A stretch of 64,000 nt of DNA from Octopus sinensis. Its lineage: Eukaryota. This document shows, one piece after another, positions 12,685 through 26,066 of this stretch. The stretch spans positions 4,216,001 to 4,280,000 of the forward strand of contig NC_043009.1 in the NCBI RefSeq assembly GCF_006345805.1, read 5' to 3'. Position 1 is the stretch's first letter. Each line of letters opens with the position of its first letter. The translations under genes and the position numbers were made by a program. The notes under the pieces are model-generated. The model was given only the letters and a program-made list of their open reading frames with translations. It searched no databases and was not told the origin of the DNA.

Positions 12685-12903
12685 TACTCTTTACTTGGTA
12701 AGGTCGTTTGACTGCGGCTATGCTGGAGCACCGCTTTAGTCGAGCAAATCGACCCCAGGACTTATTCTTTGGAAGCCTAGTACTTATTCTATCGGTCTCT
12801 TTTGCCGAACCGCTAGGTTACGGGGACGCAAACACACCAGCATCTGTTGTCAAGCGATGTTGAGGTGGGGGGACAAACACAGACACACAAACATATACGC
12901 ACC

Positions 12904-12954
<51 letters not shown>

Positions 12955-13111
12955 GATGTGCTTATTTCAGTTTCCGTCTACCAAATCCACTCACAAGGCT
13001 TTGGTCGGCCCGGGGCTATAGTAGAAGACACTTGCCCAAGGTGCAACGTCATGGGAATGAACCCGGAACCATGTGGTTAGTAAGCAAGCTACTTACCACA
13101 CAGCCGCTCCT
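12685..13111 (-). mobile_element. SINE family A, full length
   Basis: Reverse complement of 3254-3676 along its whole length, including the internal microsatellite. Confidence 0.9.
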
Positions 13112-13823
13112 ATATGCTTGTTAGATATTTCCTAATGGCTTAGAAAAGGAAGAGCAGATCCGTGCCTCTTTTTAGGGATTCTGAATGTCTGCTGAAAGGA
13201 AAGGGATAAGTTATTATCCATTCACATACCACAGCTTTAGTCTGATTGCTAGCAACTCAAGGGTCGGTTGTTTGCATTTGTCTATGTATATTTGTGTGTG
13301 TTTGTGTGGTTGTGTGTGTTGAATGTTCATCTGTAAGGTTGAAATTAGATTCCGTGGCTGGGATTCGTTTCTGAAAACAAACCTATTTTGATGCGTTTTA
13401 TTATCCGACCTCAAAATTTTCTGGCTTTCCGCCAAACTAACATAGATCAATATCGTGTAAAAACATGTAGAGTGGGTGGGGGTGGGGCAGGGTATGGCTT
13501 TCAGTGTCATGTTGTGTGTTTGGTATGTGTGTGCAAGCGAGCGCGTGCGAAAGAGATAGAGAGAGAGAGAGAGAGAGAAAAAGAGAGAGAAACAGAAAGA
13601 GTGAATGCGTACGTAATGAATGTGAAAGTGCGCCCCTGCGCGTTTGAATAGATGTCACTTTGGAAATCCGCAAGCGTATGTCTATACATCTGTGGTACTT
13701 GGTTATGCATGGCTTGGGACATTACTAAACTTCATACACACACACACAATACACACACACATATACACACACACAAGCATATACGCACAGACACATTTAT
13801 GTGTATGCGTATTTTCGGTCAGT

Positions 13824-13866
<43 letters not shown>

Positions 13867-14524
13867 GCATACACATAGTTCCTTTGTATATATACATCAA
13901 TAAATGTCAAATATATATCGCGCGGTTGGGATAAGAGCTGTGTTTGAATTATTGAGAAAGCAACAACGTATATATAGACTAACTTAAATGGTATTCTGCT
14001 TATCTCCAACAGATGGCGATGTTGAATATTGCAGGCTCTTACGGTATTAGCAGGAATAGCTATTTGTGTCCGATTTCATAATTATTCCCAGCAACAGACC
14101 CATCAATTTACACTTAAACTGATATATACACTACACTTTGATTATATATATGTATATGTGCGTGTGTATATATATATATATATATATACAAACATTATCG
14201 TCCTTACAAATGGACGGAATACCGTAGAATGGACGTTATGAATACGGATTGAATTACAATCAATGTTTGTGCGAGGGCGGTGTGTTTGTGTGTGTATGTG
14301 AGTAGTTTCAAATTAATTTAGGATATACGCCATTGATGGATTTCAACTCTGACCCTGTCAATCATATTTTCATGCCTTCACACAACACTACACGGCTCTC
14401 TGATTGTTCCTGTCATTATTCTCTGTGACTATAAGTATACACTCATATGTGTTTGTGAATGTGTCTGTGTGTTATACACATTTATACATATACATACGTA
14501 AATACGCTTATGTATGCATATATC

Positions 14525-14875
14525 GTGGAAGCGCAATGGCGCAGTGGTTTAGGGCAGTGGACTCGCGGTCGTAGGATTGCAGTTTCGATTCCCAGGCCGG
14601 GCGTTTTGAGTGTTTATTTAGTGAAAACACCCAAAGCTCCGAGATTCCGGTACGGGTGGTGGGAAACTTTTTCTTCCTGTTTCTGTTGTACCTGTATTTC
14701 AAAGGGGCCAGGCTTGTCACACTCTGTGTCACGCTGAATCTCCCCGAGAACTATGTTAATGGTACACGTGTCTGTGGAGTGCTCAACCACTTACTTGCAC
14801 GTTAATTTCACGAGCAGGCTCTTCCATTGACCGGATCAACTTGAACCTTCGTCGTCGTAACCGACGGAGTGCCAC
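14525..14875 (+). mobile_element. SINE family C with an alternative 3' half
   Basis: Head gtggaagcgcaatggcgcagtggttagggcagtggactcgcggtcgtagg...gtttcgattccc matches 46784. The 3' part (ctgaatctccccgagaac...accgacggagtgccac) differs from the other C copies. Confidence 0.85.
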
Positions 14876-14996
14876 GATGCACATATATATATTTAGTTTT
14901 AAAATACACTTTGCAGATGCTCTGGGATACATTATCAGTGATATTTCTGTGTTTCTGGGGCACCAGGGGGTGCTTAGCATTTTAAGCAACCGCCCC

Positions 14997-15306
14997 AGCT
15001 TGCTTCTCAACCATATGGTTCCGGGTTCAGTCTCGCTGCGTAGCACCTTCGGCAAGTGTTCTCTACTATAGCCGAGAGACGACCAAATCATTGTGAATGG
15101 ATTTGGTAGACGGAAACTGAAAGATGCCCGTCATATATGCGTCTGTGTATGTTCGTGTGCGTGTGTGTGTTTGTGTGCGTGCCTGTGTGTGTTTAGAATA
15201 AGTACAAGTTTTAAGAAATAATCCCTGGGGTCGATTTGTTCGACTACATTACTCTTCAAGGCGGTGCTTCAGTATGACCGCAGTCAAATGACTGAAACAA
15301 GTAATA
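14997..15306 (+). mobile_element. SINE family A, 5'-truncated with internal deletion
   Basis: agcttgcttctcaaccatatggttccgggttcagtc...gacggaaactgaaag...gactgaaacaagtaa aligns to 3254-3676. Confidence 0.85.
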
Positions 15307-15976
15307 GTGTGTATGTGAGTGTGTGTTTTGAAGGAAGGAGAAAGAGAGAAACTTTTAGAGATCATGAGTGTTGGAATATGCATGCTAATATCTGTATTTA
15401 AGTTTACGTATATCATTTTAGAAACACATATGCAAAGATACGTTAGCATACCTTCGTAGACATATACACAAAATTTGTTACGTTTCATATATACACACTT
15501 AAATACGCTCAAAGATATATAGTTTCCGTCGACAGTCACCTTTTATCTACTTAGTTATACACCCTATTCCTCCACTCATCACCATTCTCATTCAAAGTAA
15601 AATCGTAATCATTAATTCAATCATCCGTTACCTCTCTATCGCTTTCATTCCCTTTCTTATTCACTTAATCTCTCTCTATCTTTGCTTTCCTCTTTAATAT
15701 CACTACTTATCTCCCCTTTAAATGCTTCATTTCAATATTTTCTAAACACGTGTACAGCCCCCGACATTGTTTTTCACCTGTACATACATTACCGGGCGCC
15801 ATCGCCGTCGCTCCAGCCAATGTATATATAGTAAATATTAGCATCACAGCCATCATCATCATCAAAGTCATATGTAATAACGATAACTTCATTACTAAAT
15901 CCCTTAAGAAAACCGCTGCTATGACGCCTCTATCCACCTAGCAGTTGCAATCCCATTAATAGACAGACAGGCAGAC

Positions 15977-16049
<73 letters not shown>

Positions 16050-16115
16050 CAGACAAACAGATAGATAATTAGATAGATGATAGATAGATAGATAGATGCA
16101 TTCCTCTTTGTATGT

Positions 16116-16159
<44 letters not shown>

Positions 16160-16162
16160 CGT

Positions 16163-16598
16163 GTGTATATATATTGTGTCATATATATACATTATACGTA
16201 ATAAATTACCGATATATATATGTATACACACGTGTGTGTGTATGTATATATGTGTGTGTGTGTGTCGAATGTTGATAATATATATACTGTGAGTGTCATA
16301 TGTGCATTATATGTAATATATTACTGCTATATACACACACACATATATATATATATACATAGTGTGAGTGTGTGTGTGTGTATATATATATTGTGTCATA
16401 TATATACATTATACGTAATAAATTACCGATATATATATGTATACACACGTGTGTGTGTATGTATATATGTGTGTGTGTGTGTCGAATGTTGATAATATAT
16501 ATACTGTGAGTGTCATATGTGCATTATATGTAATATATTACTGCTATATACACACACACATATATATATATATACATAGTGTGAGTGTGTGTGTGTGT
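16163..16598. repeat. Tandem duplication, 2 x ~217 bp
   Basis: Near-identical units; the ORFs at 16220 and 16437 give the same translation offset by 217 bp. Confidence 0.9.
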
Positions 16599-18606
16599 AT
16601 TATGTATGTCTATATGTATTTATAGTTATGTATGTGCGTCTACCGAGTCATAACTTTTAGCATCTGTATTAGCTCTACTTCATTCACTCATTCATATAAA
16701 ACAGGCAATGAACGGTGTCTGGAATGATTCCAAAGTTTCTAAATTTCGATAACGTAGTTGATGTCAAAGAGTAATGTTATCGATCACGACTAGAAAATAG
16801 CGAGGCAGCTGGCCTTTCTTGTTTCTAATTCGCCTGATATGCAAATATATCAAGCCTACTTCATTATAAGCATCAAGGTAGCAAATACAGGACGTATAAA
16901 GAGATAGAGGTGATGAGGAGTTAACGTCCGGTATTAGGAGAACAAGGTTGATAGATGATACACAGATAAAACCGATTGACTGAGATTCACATGATGATTT
17001 CAACAAACACAGCTTTAAACAGACCACAACCAATTAATAGGCCAATAGACAATCGTCGAGATCTCATTGTACGTTTTTTTCGTTTGTTGTTCTTGTTGTT
17101 TTTTCCCAACTTCAAGTTCAGCTCTGATCGCGTAGACCATTCATATGAAAACTCTTCACTATTTGATCGTTCTGTAATTTTTCATGCCAGATATATTATA
17201 TCTAGAGTTCCTTTTCCCTCTAACAGCAAAGATTAACCGCAGCCCTGCACTATCTTTCGGTGTATAATCTCTGAGGGTCCTGTGAGTAACAGTAACAACT
17301 AATCAAGTACGCAAAGATGCAAATGTATTTTTTTGAGCAATTTATGTATTTATTTCTATATTTACTATTTTATTAAACCCAACGTCAAGGTAATGAAATG
17401 ACAGCATGCTTAAAACGTCTGGAAAATGCTAAGAGGTATTTGTTTCGATCTTTTCGTTGAATTCTAATCCCCTAATGTCATTCTTGCCAATCATCTCTCC
17501 AAGGTCAATAACATAAGTACCAGTCAATGCTGGAGTCGATTTAACCGACTAAACACTTCTCCCAAAATCTGAGGCCTTATACCAACACAAAATGTTCTTT
17601 GAGCGAGGGATACCTGGCATCTATAGTTAGGTAGTAAGGTATATTTACGAGTAAAATTACTTCATTGGCAATTTGAACTAAGCCTCCTTTGAAGCGTTCA
17701 GTTGTACAATAAATGCCTCCAGTGCATACAAGTGAAGTACAAATATTCCATTTTTAACATGAGCACAAGGCGCTCATTTTTCGGGAAAATGAACAGACGA
17801 TTAACATTGGCCCGAAATTCTTACTACTACAAATGTTATCACCAAAATGATGAAAAGCAAAGTGAACGTTGGTATGATTCGAAACCAGAAAATATAGGAT
17901 TTATGATATTTAATAGGCCTCATCGATAGCAATAGCCGGAAGAAAGACAACAGCGATATTTAATGGAATCACGCTATATAATCAATTTAAATCGTTTTGA
18001 GTTTTCTTGAAACCACACAATGTCACATTTGGGTTACTAACACATGAGAGAGTATTTAAATGCAAGAAATAGCAGTGAAACGAGACAATTGAGAAATCTC
18101 TTATTTGTTGCTTAAATGACAGGACATAACCAACCAAATCACGACCTTGAAAAAACGTGGGTAACAGATTCAAAATGTCTTTAAAAATTACAAGATAGGC
18201 ACGCTTTGAAAAACCAATGATCATTGATCTTCTGGATTAGAATAGACGTTCGACTAAGCACCAACAAAGAACAGTTGCGACAGAGACAAGAACAACTACA
18301 TGGAAAACAGCAGCCGTTCCATCAATATGAAATATTGTGTAATTTAGTGACCTCCATTTTGTTTGCAATGAACTCCGATACGTATGTCCTTGTGAATTAA
18401 TAATGCAAAGAGAAGGAAAAATAATTTCAAAATGTAGGTGTGGTGATGATTACATCAGTAATACTGTATTAGATATGGTGGAAATATTTACATGATTCAT
18501 CAGAAGAAAAACACAGCAAATGAAATGCTTTTCACAGTTCAGGTTCTTTCTCATGAATATCATATTCTACGCACATTTTCTCTCTCTCTCTCTTTCTCTC
18601 TCCTCA

Positions 18607-18637
<31 letters not shown>

Positions 18638-19657
18638 GCGTTTTCAGCAGTTTTTTTTCCATTTCTTGATGCTTTCTTCCGTTTATTTTTATTTCTTTTG
18701 TTTAGAATACGTGCTATGTGAATTGTTGTTATTTTATTGGGTGGCGATTGTGTTTCATATTTGTTATGCGTGTTTTTTTTTTATAGGAGTCAGGTGGCGA
18801 TTATGTAGAATATCTGATGTATTTGTTGTTGCCGTAGTGGTCGTAGTGGTGGAGGTTATCGTTGTTAACTCTTAGCCAAACCTAATTGAGAAGATCTATG
18901 ACCAAAGAGTGTTCCTGCTGTGACAAGCTTAACTCTTATTCATTTATTGTGTCTCTAGGACTATGTCAATCAGTGTAGCCTTTCTTTTTTATGACCATTG
19001 GTGGACGAATTGGCTGCTATTTTAGAAGGTTTAGTAAACACATAAAGAAATATTAGCTGCATTATAGCATCACCTCGTCGTGGGTGTATCTATGAATTAG
19101 TGTTTGCGTGTCCGTGAGTGTTTGTTTCACAATGCTTGACAATCAGTGTGGATTTCTTTATGTACACATAACCTAGAGGTTCAGTATAAAAAAATATTCT
19201 TGTGCAAGTACAGACCCAAAATAAATATTGGAGGTCACAGTTTATGTATGTGTTCATGTCTGTCTTTACGTTGAAAAACGAGAAGGCGATGTCGTTTTTT
19301 TTTAAGTTCCTCGCCTTTACAGCGCAACAAATAGAAATCATTAATTTAAGTCCTATTCTTTAAAACCAATTACTAGGAGATGGTACGGTCGTCTAAAATA
19401 TATCCCTTGAAAGCGGTCCAATTAACCATGACCGAAGTTCAATCAAAGAAACAAGGAGTAAAATAGGGAACATCAAGTCTGTGATAGAATGGGTGAAGTG
19501 TCACACAATTTGCTTCCTTTAGCTTCTGAAATCATATCCTGCATTATGCCGCGAATTAAATCTCCGTTCCGCTCCTCTGTGATATGGAAAAATAAGATAC
19601 CAAAGAAGTATTGGTATTCAATGTAACTGACGAATAAAAGAATACATACATACATAC

Positions 19658-19719
<62 letters not shown>

Positions 19720-19959
19720 TATATATATATAATAATATAGATAGATAGATAAAACGTGAGGAGTACGCCAGGCATTTGATGTGTGTCACAATAATATGAT
19801 TAAGTGTTTCTCTGAAGGATTATTGTAGATCTGCTCCATGTGCTCAATGAACACCCACTGCAGAGGATGCCAATAATCACAATGGCGAAATGTGCGTAGT
19901 GAACAAAATGGTCTTAACTACATATTGTACCTATCATGCTGTAATCATACACACACACA

Positions 19960-20036
<77 letters not shown>

Positions 20037-20039
20037 ATT

Positions 20040-20537
20040 ATTATTACATTATATAAAAGGGCTTAGTAAAATAAATTACTTTGCCACATACTGAACTCAT
20101 TAGAAATAGTAGCTAAAAAAACTTTTTTAAAACTATTTCTAATACTTAAAGAGAATCTCTCTCATGTAGTGTTTGCTCAATTCAACTCACGAAAGTATGG
20201 GGGTAAAGACATTAAAAAATCAAATGCAAAGGTTATTTGAGAACGTACGTTTCAAGATTAGTCAACTCGACATTTCTATCATCAGCTCAGAACTCCTTGG
20301 TTTGGATTTGAAAACACTGAAAGTGGGAGCATACCCTTTCGGCTTCTTATCGCTTCTGAAGATCTGCTCGAAACTAACAGTGCCAGCAAACCCAAAATAT
20401 GCAAGCGAAGAATTTCTGCTCTCCCCTTTCCACCAGCCTGGGTTAAAATCAGTAAACACTATGCTTTTTCGGTAAAATCCGAAGCATTAAATAGAGAGAG
20501 ATGAATTATAATTTCAACAATTATTGTTGAAATTATA
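20040..20537 (-). mobile_element. ~500-bp (TA)n-flanked element carrying a hammerhead ribozyme (PLE-derived or retrozyme-like)
   Basis: Non-microsatellite block bounded by (TA)n on both sides. Contains the hammerhead at 20238-20289 and ends in a 15-bp-arm palindrome at 20507-20537. Confidence 0.55.
20238..20289 (-). ncRNA. Minimal type-I hammerhead ribozyme
   Basis: Minus strand: tgag-CTGATGA-tagaaatgtcgagttgactaatctt-GAAAC-gtac-GTT-ctca. Stem I tgag/ctca, intact core, stem II aga..gtc/gac..tct, palindromic stem III acgtacgt, GUU triplet. Confidence 0.7.
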
Positions 20538-20824
20538 TATATATATATATATATATACACATGCACACACGCTCGGATACTAAATTACGTGCGGAGATTT
20601 ATTTTGTAATTGCGATGAAAGAGAAATAGACTGGATGCTGCGGTTGTTATTAGCGTTGCTCTTTAGCCCAAGGTCAGCTTTAATTGAGAAGAATGATCAA
20701 ACGCGTTCCAGTCATGACTATCCAACTTTCTTTCTTTTTCATTTTTTGCTTTCTTTTTCCAGACATTATTTTTTTGTAGGTCATTATTATTCAACTGTTC
20801 AATTGACTGGAATATATTGAAATT

Positions 20825-20893
<69 letters not shown>

Positions 20894-21245
20894 CAAGTAA
20901 ACAGCAGCAAAAATAGCTTCAGTAACTGTACTGAAAATTACCACACCGGCAAACAAAAATGGCGTCCTTCTCTCAAAATGACGCCATGGCTGATATTGTG
21001 GTTAATATTCAGTACATGCGTTTTTTTTTTTACGTTTTTTTTTTTTCGTTTTTTTTTTTCCATAATTTTATAATTACCTTTTGTACGGAAATGTGTGTAA
21101 TTCTGGCATCAACAACCCAAATATCCAGAACGTTCCACAAAAATATTCTCTTTGTCTACTCATTTCCTATATTTCCTTTGCTTCCATCTCCTCATTCATC
21201 TCTCTCTATCTCTCTTTCTCTCTCCAACCATCGTTATCCCTCTTC

Positions 21246-21282
<37 letters not shown>

Positions 21283-21589
21283 GCTTGCTCACATTCTCTC
21301 CCTCTCTTTATTAAAACAGTCTTTCTTCTAGTCTAATGGACAGTACTGCTTCGAAACATTTCCTATCTATTTAGCTGTTGGAGGGGGCGCAAAAAGCAGT
21401 TTTCAGAACATCAACGCAGTTATCACCATTACAAGTTACGAATCAAAGCGCAAGGATCCGCTACGTAGTTTGCACGAATTACTGGATACAGCAGCTAAAT
21501 ATCTCTCAAAGTCCCTTAGACACTTGTCATTAATAAGCAAGCGAGACAATAGATTATGATATCCTATATAATATCTTACATATATAGTT

Positions 21590-21829
21590 CGAGTAGAATG
21601 GATTGGGCGAAATGCTTTAGCGGTATTTCGTCTGCCGTTACGTTCTGAGTTCAAATTCCGCCGAGGTCGACTTTGAATTTCATCCTTACGGGATCGATTA
21701 AATAAGTACCAGTTACGCACTCGGGTCGATGTAATCGACTTAATCCCTTTGTCTGTCCTTGTTTGTCCCCTCTGTGTTTATCCCCCTGTGAGCAATAAAG
21801 AAATAAAATCATCATCATCATCATCATCA

Positions 21830-21866
<37 letters not shown>

Positions 21867-22284
21867 CATTGTTGTTGTTAAGGTGGCAAGCTGGCAGAGT
21901 CGTTAGCACGTTGGATGAAATGCTTAGAATACTGAGTTCAAATTCCGTCGAGGTCGACTTTGCCTTAATCGACTGGTCCCCTCTCCCAAAATTTCAGGTC
22001 TTGTGCCTTTAGTAGAAAGAACTATTATTATTAGTAGTAGTATTAAGGCAGCGAGCTGGCAGAATCGTTAGCACGCCGGGTGGTATGCTTAGCGGCATTT
22101 CATCTGTCTTCACGCTCTGGGTGCAAATTCCGCCCAGGTAGACTTTGCCTTTCATCCTTTCGGGAGTTGATAAATTAAGTGCCAGTTGAGCACTGGGGTC
22201 GATGTAATTGACTACCACGTCGCCCCCAAATTCCTGGCCTTGTGCCAAAATTTGAAACCATTATTATTATCATTATTATTATTA

Positions 22285-22342
<58 letters not shown>

Positions 22343-22745
22343 TGTTAAGGTGGCAAGCTGGCAGAAACGTTAGCACACCGGACGAAATGCTTAGCGGTAT
22401 TTCGTCGGCCGCTGAGTTCTGAGTTCAAATTCCGCCGAGGTCGACTTTGCCTTCCATCCTTTCGGGGTCGATTAAATAAGTACCAGTTACGCACTGGGGT
22501 CGATATAATCGACTTAATCTATTTGTCTGTCCTTGTTTGTCCTCTCTGTGTTTAGCCCCTTGTGGGTAGTAAAGAAATAGGTATTTCGCTTGTCAATACA
22601 TTCTAAGATCAAATTCCGCTGATACCGACTTTGCATTTCATCCTTCCGGGGTCGATGAAATAAGTACCCGTAAAACATTGAGGACGATGTAATCGACTGG
22701 TCCCCTCTCCCAAAATTTCTGGCTTTGTGCCTTTCGTAGAAAGGA
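21590..22745 (+). mobile_element. Head-to-tail cluster of four SINE family B copies (starting ~21590, 21880, 22045, 22347)
   Basis: The last three start aggYRgcRagctggcaga...cgttagcac (A-box); the first is 5'-truncated. All have a B-box of the gagttcaaattcc type and (partly deleted in the second) the central gactttgcctttcatcctttcggggtcgat..aataagtaccag, which resembles the Meta/MESC SINE domain. Each ends in an (ATT)n-type tail. Confidence 0.9.
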
Positions 22746-22796
22746 TTATTATTATTATTATTATTATTATCATTATTATTATTATTATTATTATTA

Positions 22797-22858
<62 letters not shown>

Positions 22859-22882
22859 CATTATTATTATTATTATTAATTA

Positions 22883-22922
<40 letters not shown>

Positions 22923-23016
22923 ATATTATTATTGCTATTATTATCATTATTATTATTATTATTATTAATTATTATTATAATTATTATTATTATTATTATT
23001 ATCATTATTATTATTA

Positions 23017-23055
<39 letters not shown>

Positions 23056-23090
23056 AATTATTATTATTATTATTATTATTATTATCATTA

Positions 23091-23138
<48 letters not shown>

Positions 23139-23186
23139 ATTATTATTATTAATTATTATTATAATTATTATTGCTATTATTATCAT

Positions 23187-23218
<32 letters not shown>

Positions 23219-23222
23219 ATTA

Positions 23223-23316
<94 letters not shown>

Positions 23317-23335
23317 CGTTATTATTATTATCATC
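22745..23335. repeat. ~590-bp (ATT)n/(ATC) trinucleotide tract (expanded SINE tail)
   Basis: Directly visible; contiguous with the 3' end of the last family-B copy. Confidence 0.95.
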
Positions 23336-23344
23336 GTCAATTTA

Positions 23345-23610
23345 CTTCTCTACAGGCCAAACAGAAATCAAGTTACACAAAACAAACGCAACATAATTTC
23401 AGATGGCATGAAAAATCATCTCATAATAATTGACATAACAGTATCGAGTGTCGTGAGAAATCACGCTGATTTAGCGAGAGAAACGAAAGCAGTGCGACAT
23501 AGAAGAAAATGCCTTTTATCATTCCATTTGTAATTGCTACGCTGTGAATGTTACACAATCGTTTTGCGGAACATACTGTCACCTTAGTTTATGGCACATT
23601 ATGAGTTGCT
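23345..23610 (+). pseudogene. Relic of the restriction-like endonuclease domain of an R4/Dong-type non-LTR retrotransposon
   Basis: Translation QVTQNKRNII..MKNHLIIIDITV..HADLARETKAV, then after a frameshift FIIPFVIATL*ML. This parallels the PD-(D/E)xK RLE pattern N+PDI+..DK......IID+.+P..KY.DLA.E+K..W..+IP+V+G.LG. Confidence 0.55.
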
Positions 23611-23638
23611 GCTGTTGTTGTTATATAATTTCTGGTAC

Positions 23639-23676
<38 letters not shown>

Positions 23677-24270
23677 ATCTATGTATATGTATACATATAG
23701 ATGAAAATGAATACGTATATATGTATATACGTACGTGTATAGATATATGTGTGCGTGTGTGTATGTAATTGCGTATATATGTATGCACATGTATGTATAT
23801 ATATATGTATATATATGTATGTACGTATATATGTATGTACGTATATATGAATGCATATATATATATATCCATATATACATACGTATATTTATGTATGTAT
23901 ATAAATGTATATATATGTTTATATCTATATATATTTATGGATATATATATATGTATATACGTATATATGTGAGTATATACGTATGCAAGTATATATATGT
24001 ATATATGTATGTGTATATACATTTATACGTATGTGTGTGCGTACGTATATAGATATATATATATATATATATATCTATATATTTGTGTGCACTTGTATAT
24101 ATATATATGTATATGTATGTATATATGTGTGTGTTGTTGTTGTTGTTTTCTTTGCCTGTGTTTTTCTCTCAACTCCGCTTCCATTCATCGGTATAGTTTT
24201 CTTTCTGTAGTAGGTCCATCATCCCAGCAGGTGTATAAGTACGCAAACACACACGCACATCTCTCTCTCC

Positions 24271-24301
<31 letters not shown>

Positions 24302-25138
24302 CCCTCTCTCTTTATCTATTCACCCATCCATCCATCTATCCATTCATCCAAACAGACAGCCAGCCAGCCATACACTTCAAAATAAGGTTCACTCGAAACG
24401 TTAATCTGCTTCATTTCCTTTTTCCGCGTACGTTTCACTGTGCGCCACCTTATCTTTTTATTACTTAGTTTAACAATTTGTTCGCTATTTTTTTTTTTTT
24501 TTAAACTTTCTCTACCTCTCGTGTTGTCTAGCTATCCATCGCTTACCTATTTTACCTACATACTCACTGATACGTTGACATTAGCACCGATAAGTATTGG
24601 ATCTCGCTTTGAAAATTTATGCTGCAAGGGCCATTCTCAGCAGGTTGATCTGAGGTTGGAGCCATGGATTTCGTTTCTCTCATCTTATCAAACACTAGAG
24701 GAGATGAATTGTTGCTTAATGGTACAGGATGGGACGTCTGGATCTTTGACTTACAGGAACAACTCATTTTTGCCAGCTGAGGCGTTTCGTTCAAGAATAC
24801 AAGGCGCCGATGAGAATCGAACTGACAATGCTATAATCGTTGCGCAAATGCCCAAACTACGAAGCCACGCGTCGTCTAAGTGTGTTACTGAACAAGGTTA
24901 AGTCAAAGCCAGAACTGATACAATTTGCCACCAGTATCGACGCAAACAGTACTCAATGCCAGGGTTAGAGTTTCATCATAGATTTATTGGAAGCTGACAA
25001 TATCAAGAGCGATTAATTCATGTTTCACTCCTCCGATTTTCGATCGTCATAGGATTTTTCACGAGCGGTCGAAGAACTGCTCCGAGAACTCACGTAGTAA
25101 TTTTCTGAAGAGTTGCTCTGCTTCCACCATGCATAAGC

Positions 25139-25245
<107 letters not shown>

Positions 25246-25644
25246 GGTGATGGAAATAATAGTGATGAGGAAGAGCAACTGTATGCTATATACAGTGCAC
25301 CAATTTATGCATAATTACCACACACACATATATATATGCATAGAGACATAGATGTATGTATACATCTCCCAGACAACTCAGATATTTCACTATAAAACAT
25401 GTTTAAACATTGCTTCAATTATTGGATACATTACATACAAACTATACATATATGCACGTGAGTGTGCATGTATATATATATATATAGTATATATATATAT
25501 ATATATTATATATATGTCTTCTCTGTGGATACACACGCACACGTACACGTGTATATATATGTACGTATATATATTTATATAATTATATAAACATCTCTCT
25601 CTAATATATATATGTATGTGTGTGTATCATATATTATATCATAT

Positions 25645-25675
<31 letters not shown>

Positions 25676-26024
25676 CTATATATTATATATATATATTATA
25701 TGATTATTCACCCCACTCTATACACACACATAAACTGAGGTACATGTACATACACACAGGCATTACGCACAGAGGAAAAGTTACACGCAAATTCTCCGCT
25801 TCATTGCACACATTATTCGCATTATTCACACTGTCCGCCATATTTCCCTTGTTTCCATCACCATAACATCACGACGGACACGGTCCAGTGACTCGCACCA
25901 CCTTAATGTTACATGCTATATCTACTGGTTTACGCTTCACTGAACAAATAAACTGGGAGCTCACACCTTCGTCTCCATTTATGCGTTCAATTTCAGTCCC
26001 TCCCAATCTACTATCGATCAAAAA

Positions 26025-26066
<42 letters not shown>

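Noticed and set aside
17650-18400. Unique-looking A-rich stretch as a LINE or exon fragment
   Set aside because: Frequent stops and no motif I can recognise; left unannotated.
20355-20385. Plus-strand CTGAAGA..GAAAC inside the 20040-20537 element
   Set aside because: No stem I, II or III can be formed; likely chance.
20959-21020. aaaatggcg start context and 8-bp inverted repeat as a first coding exon or promoter
   Set aside because: The ORF runs straight into poly-T and CT repeats, with no convincing splice donor or other support.
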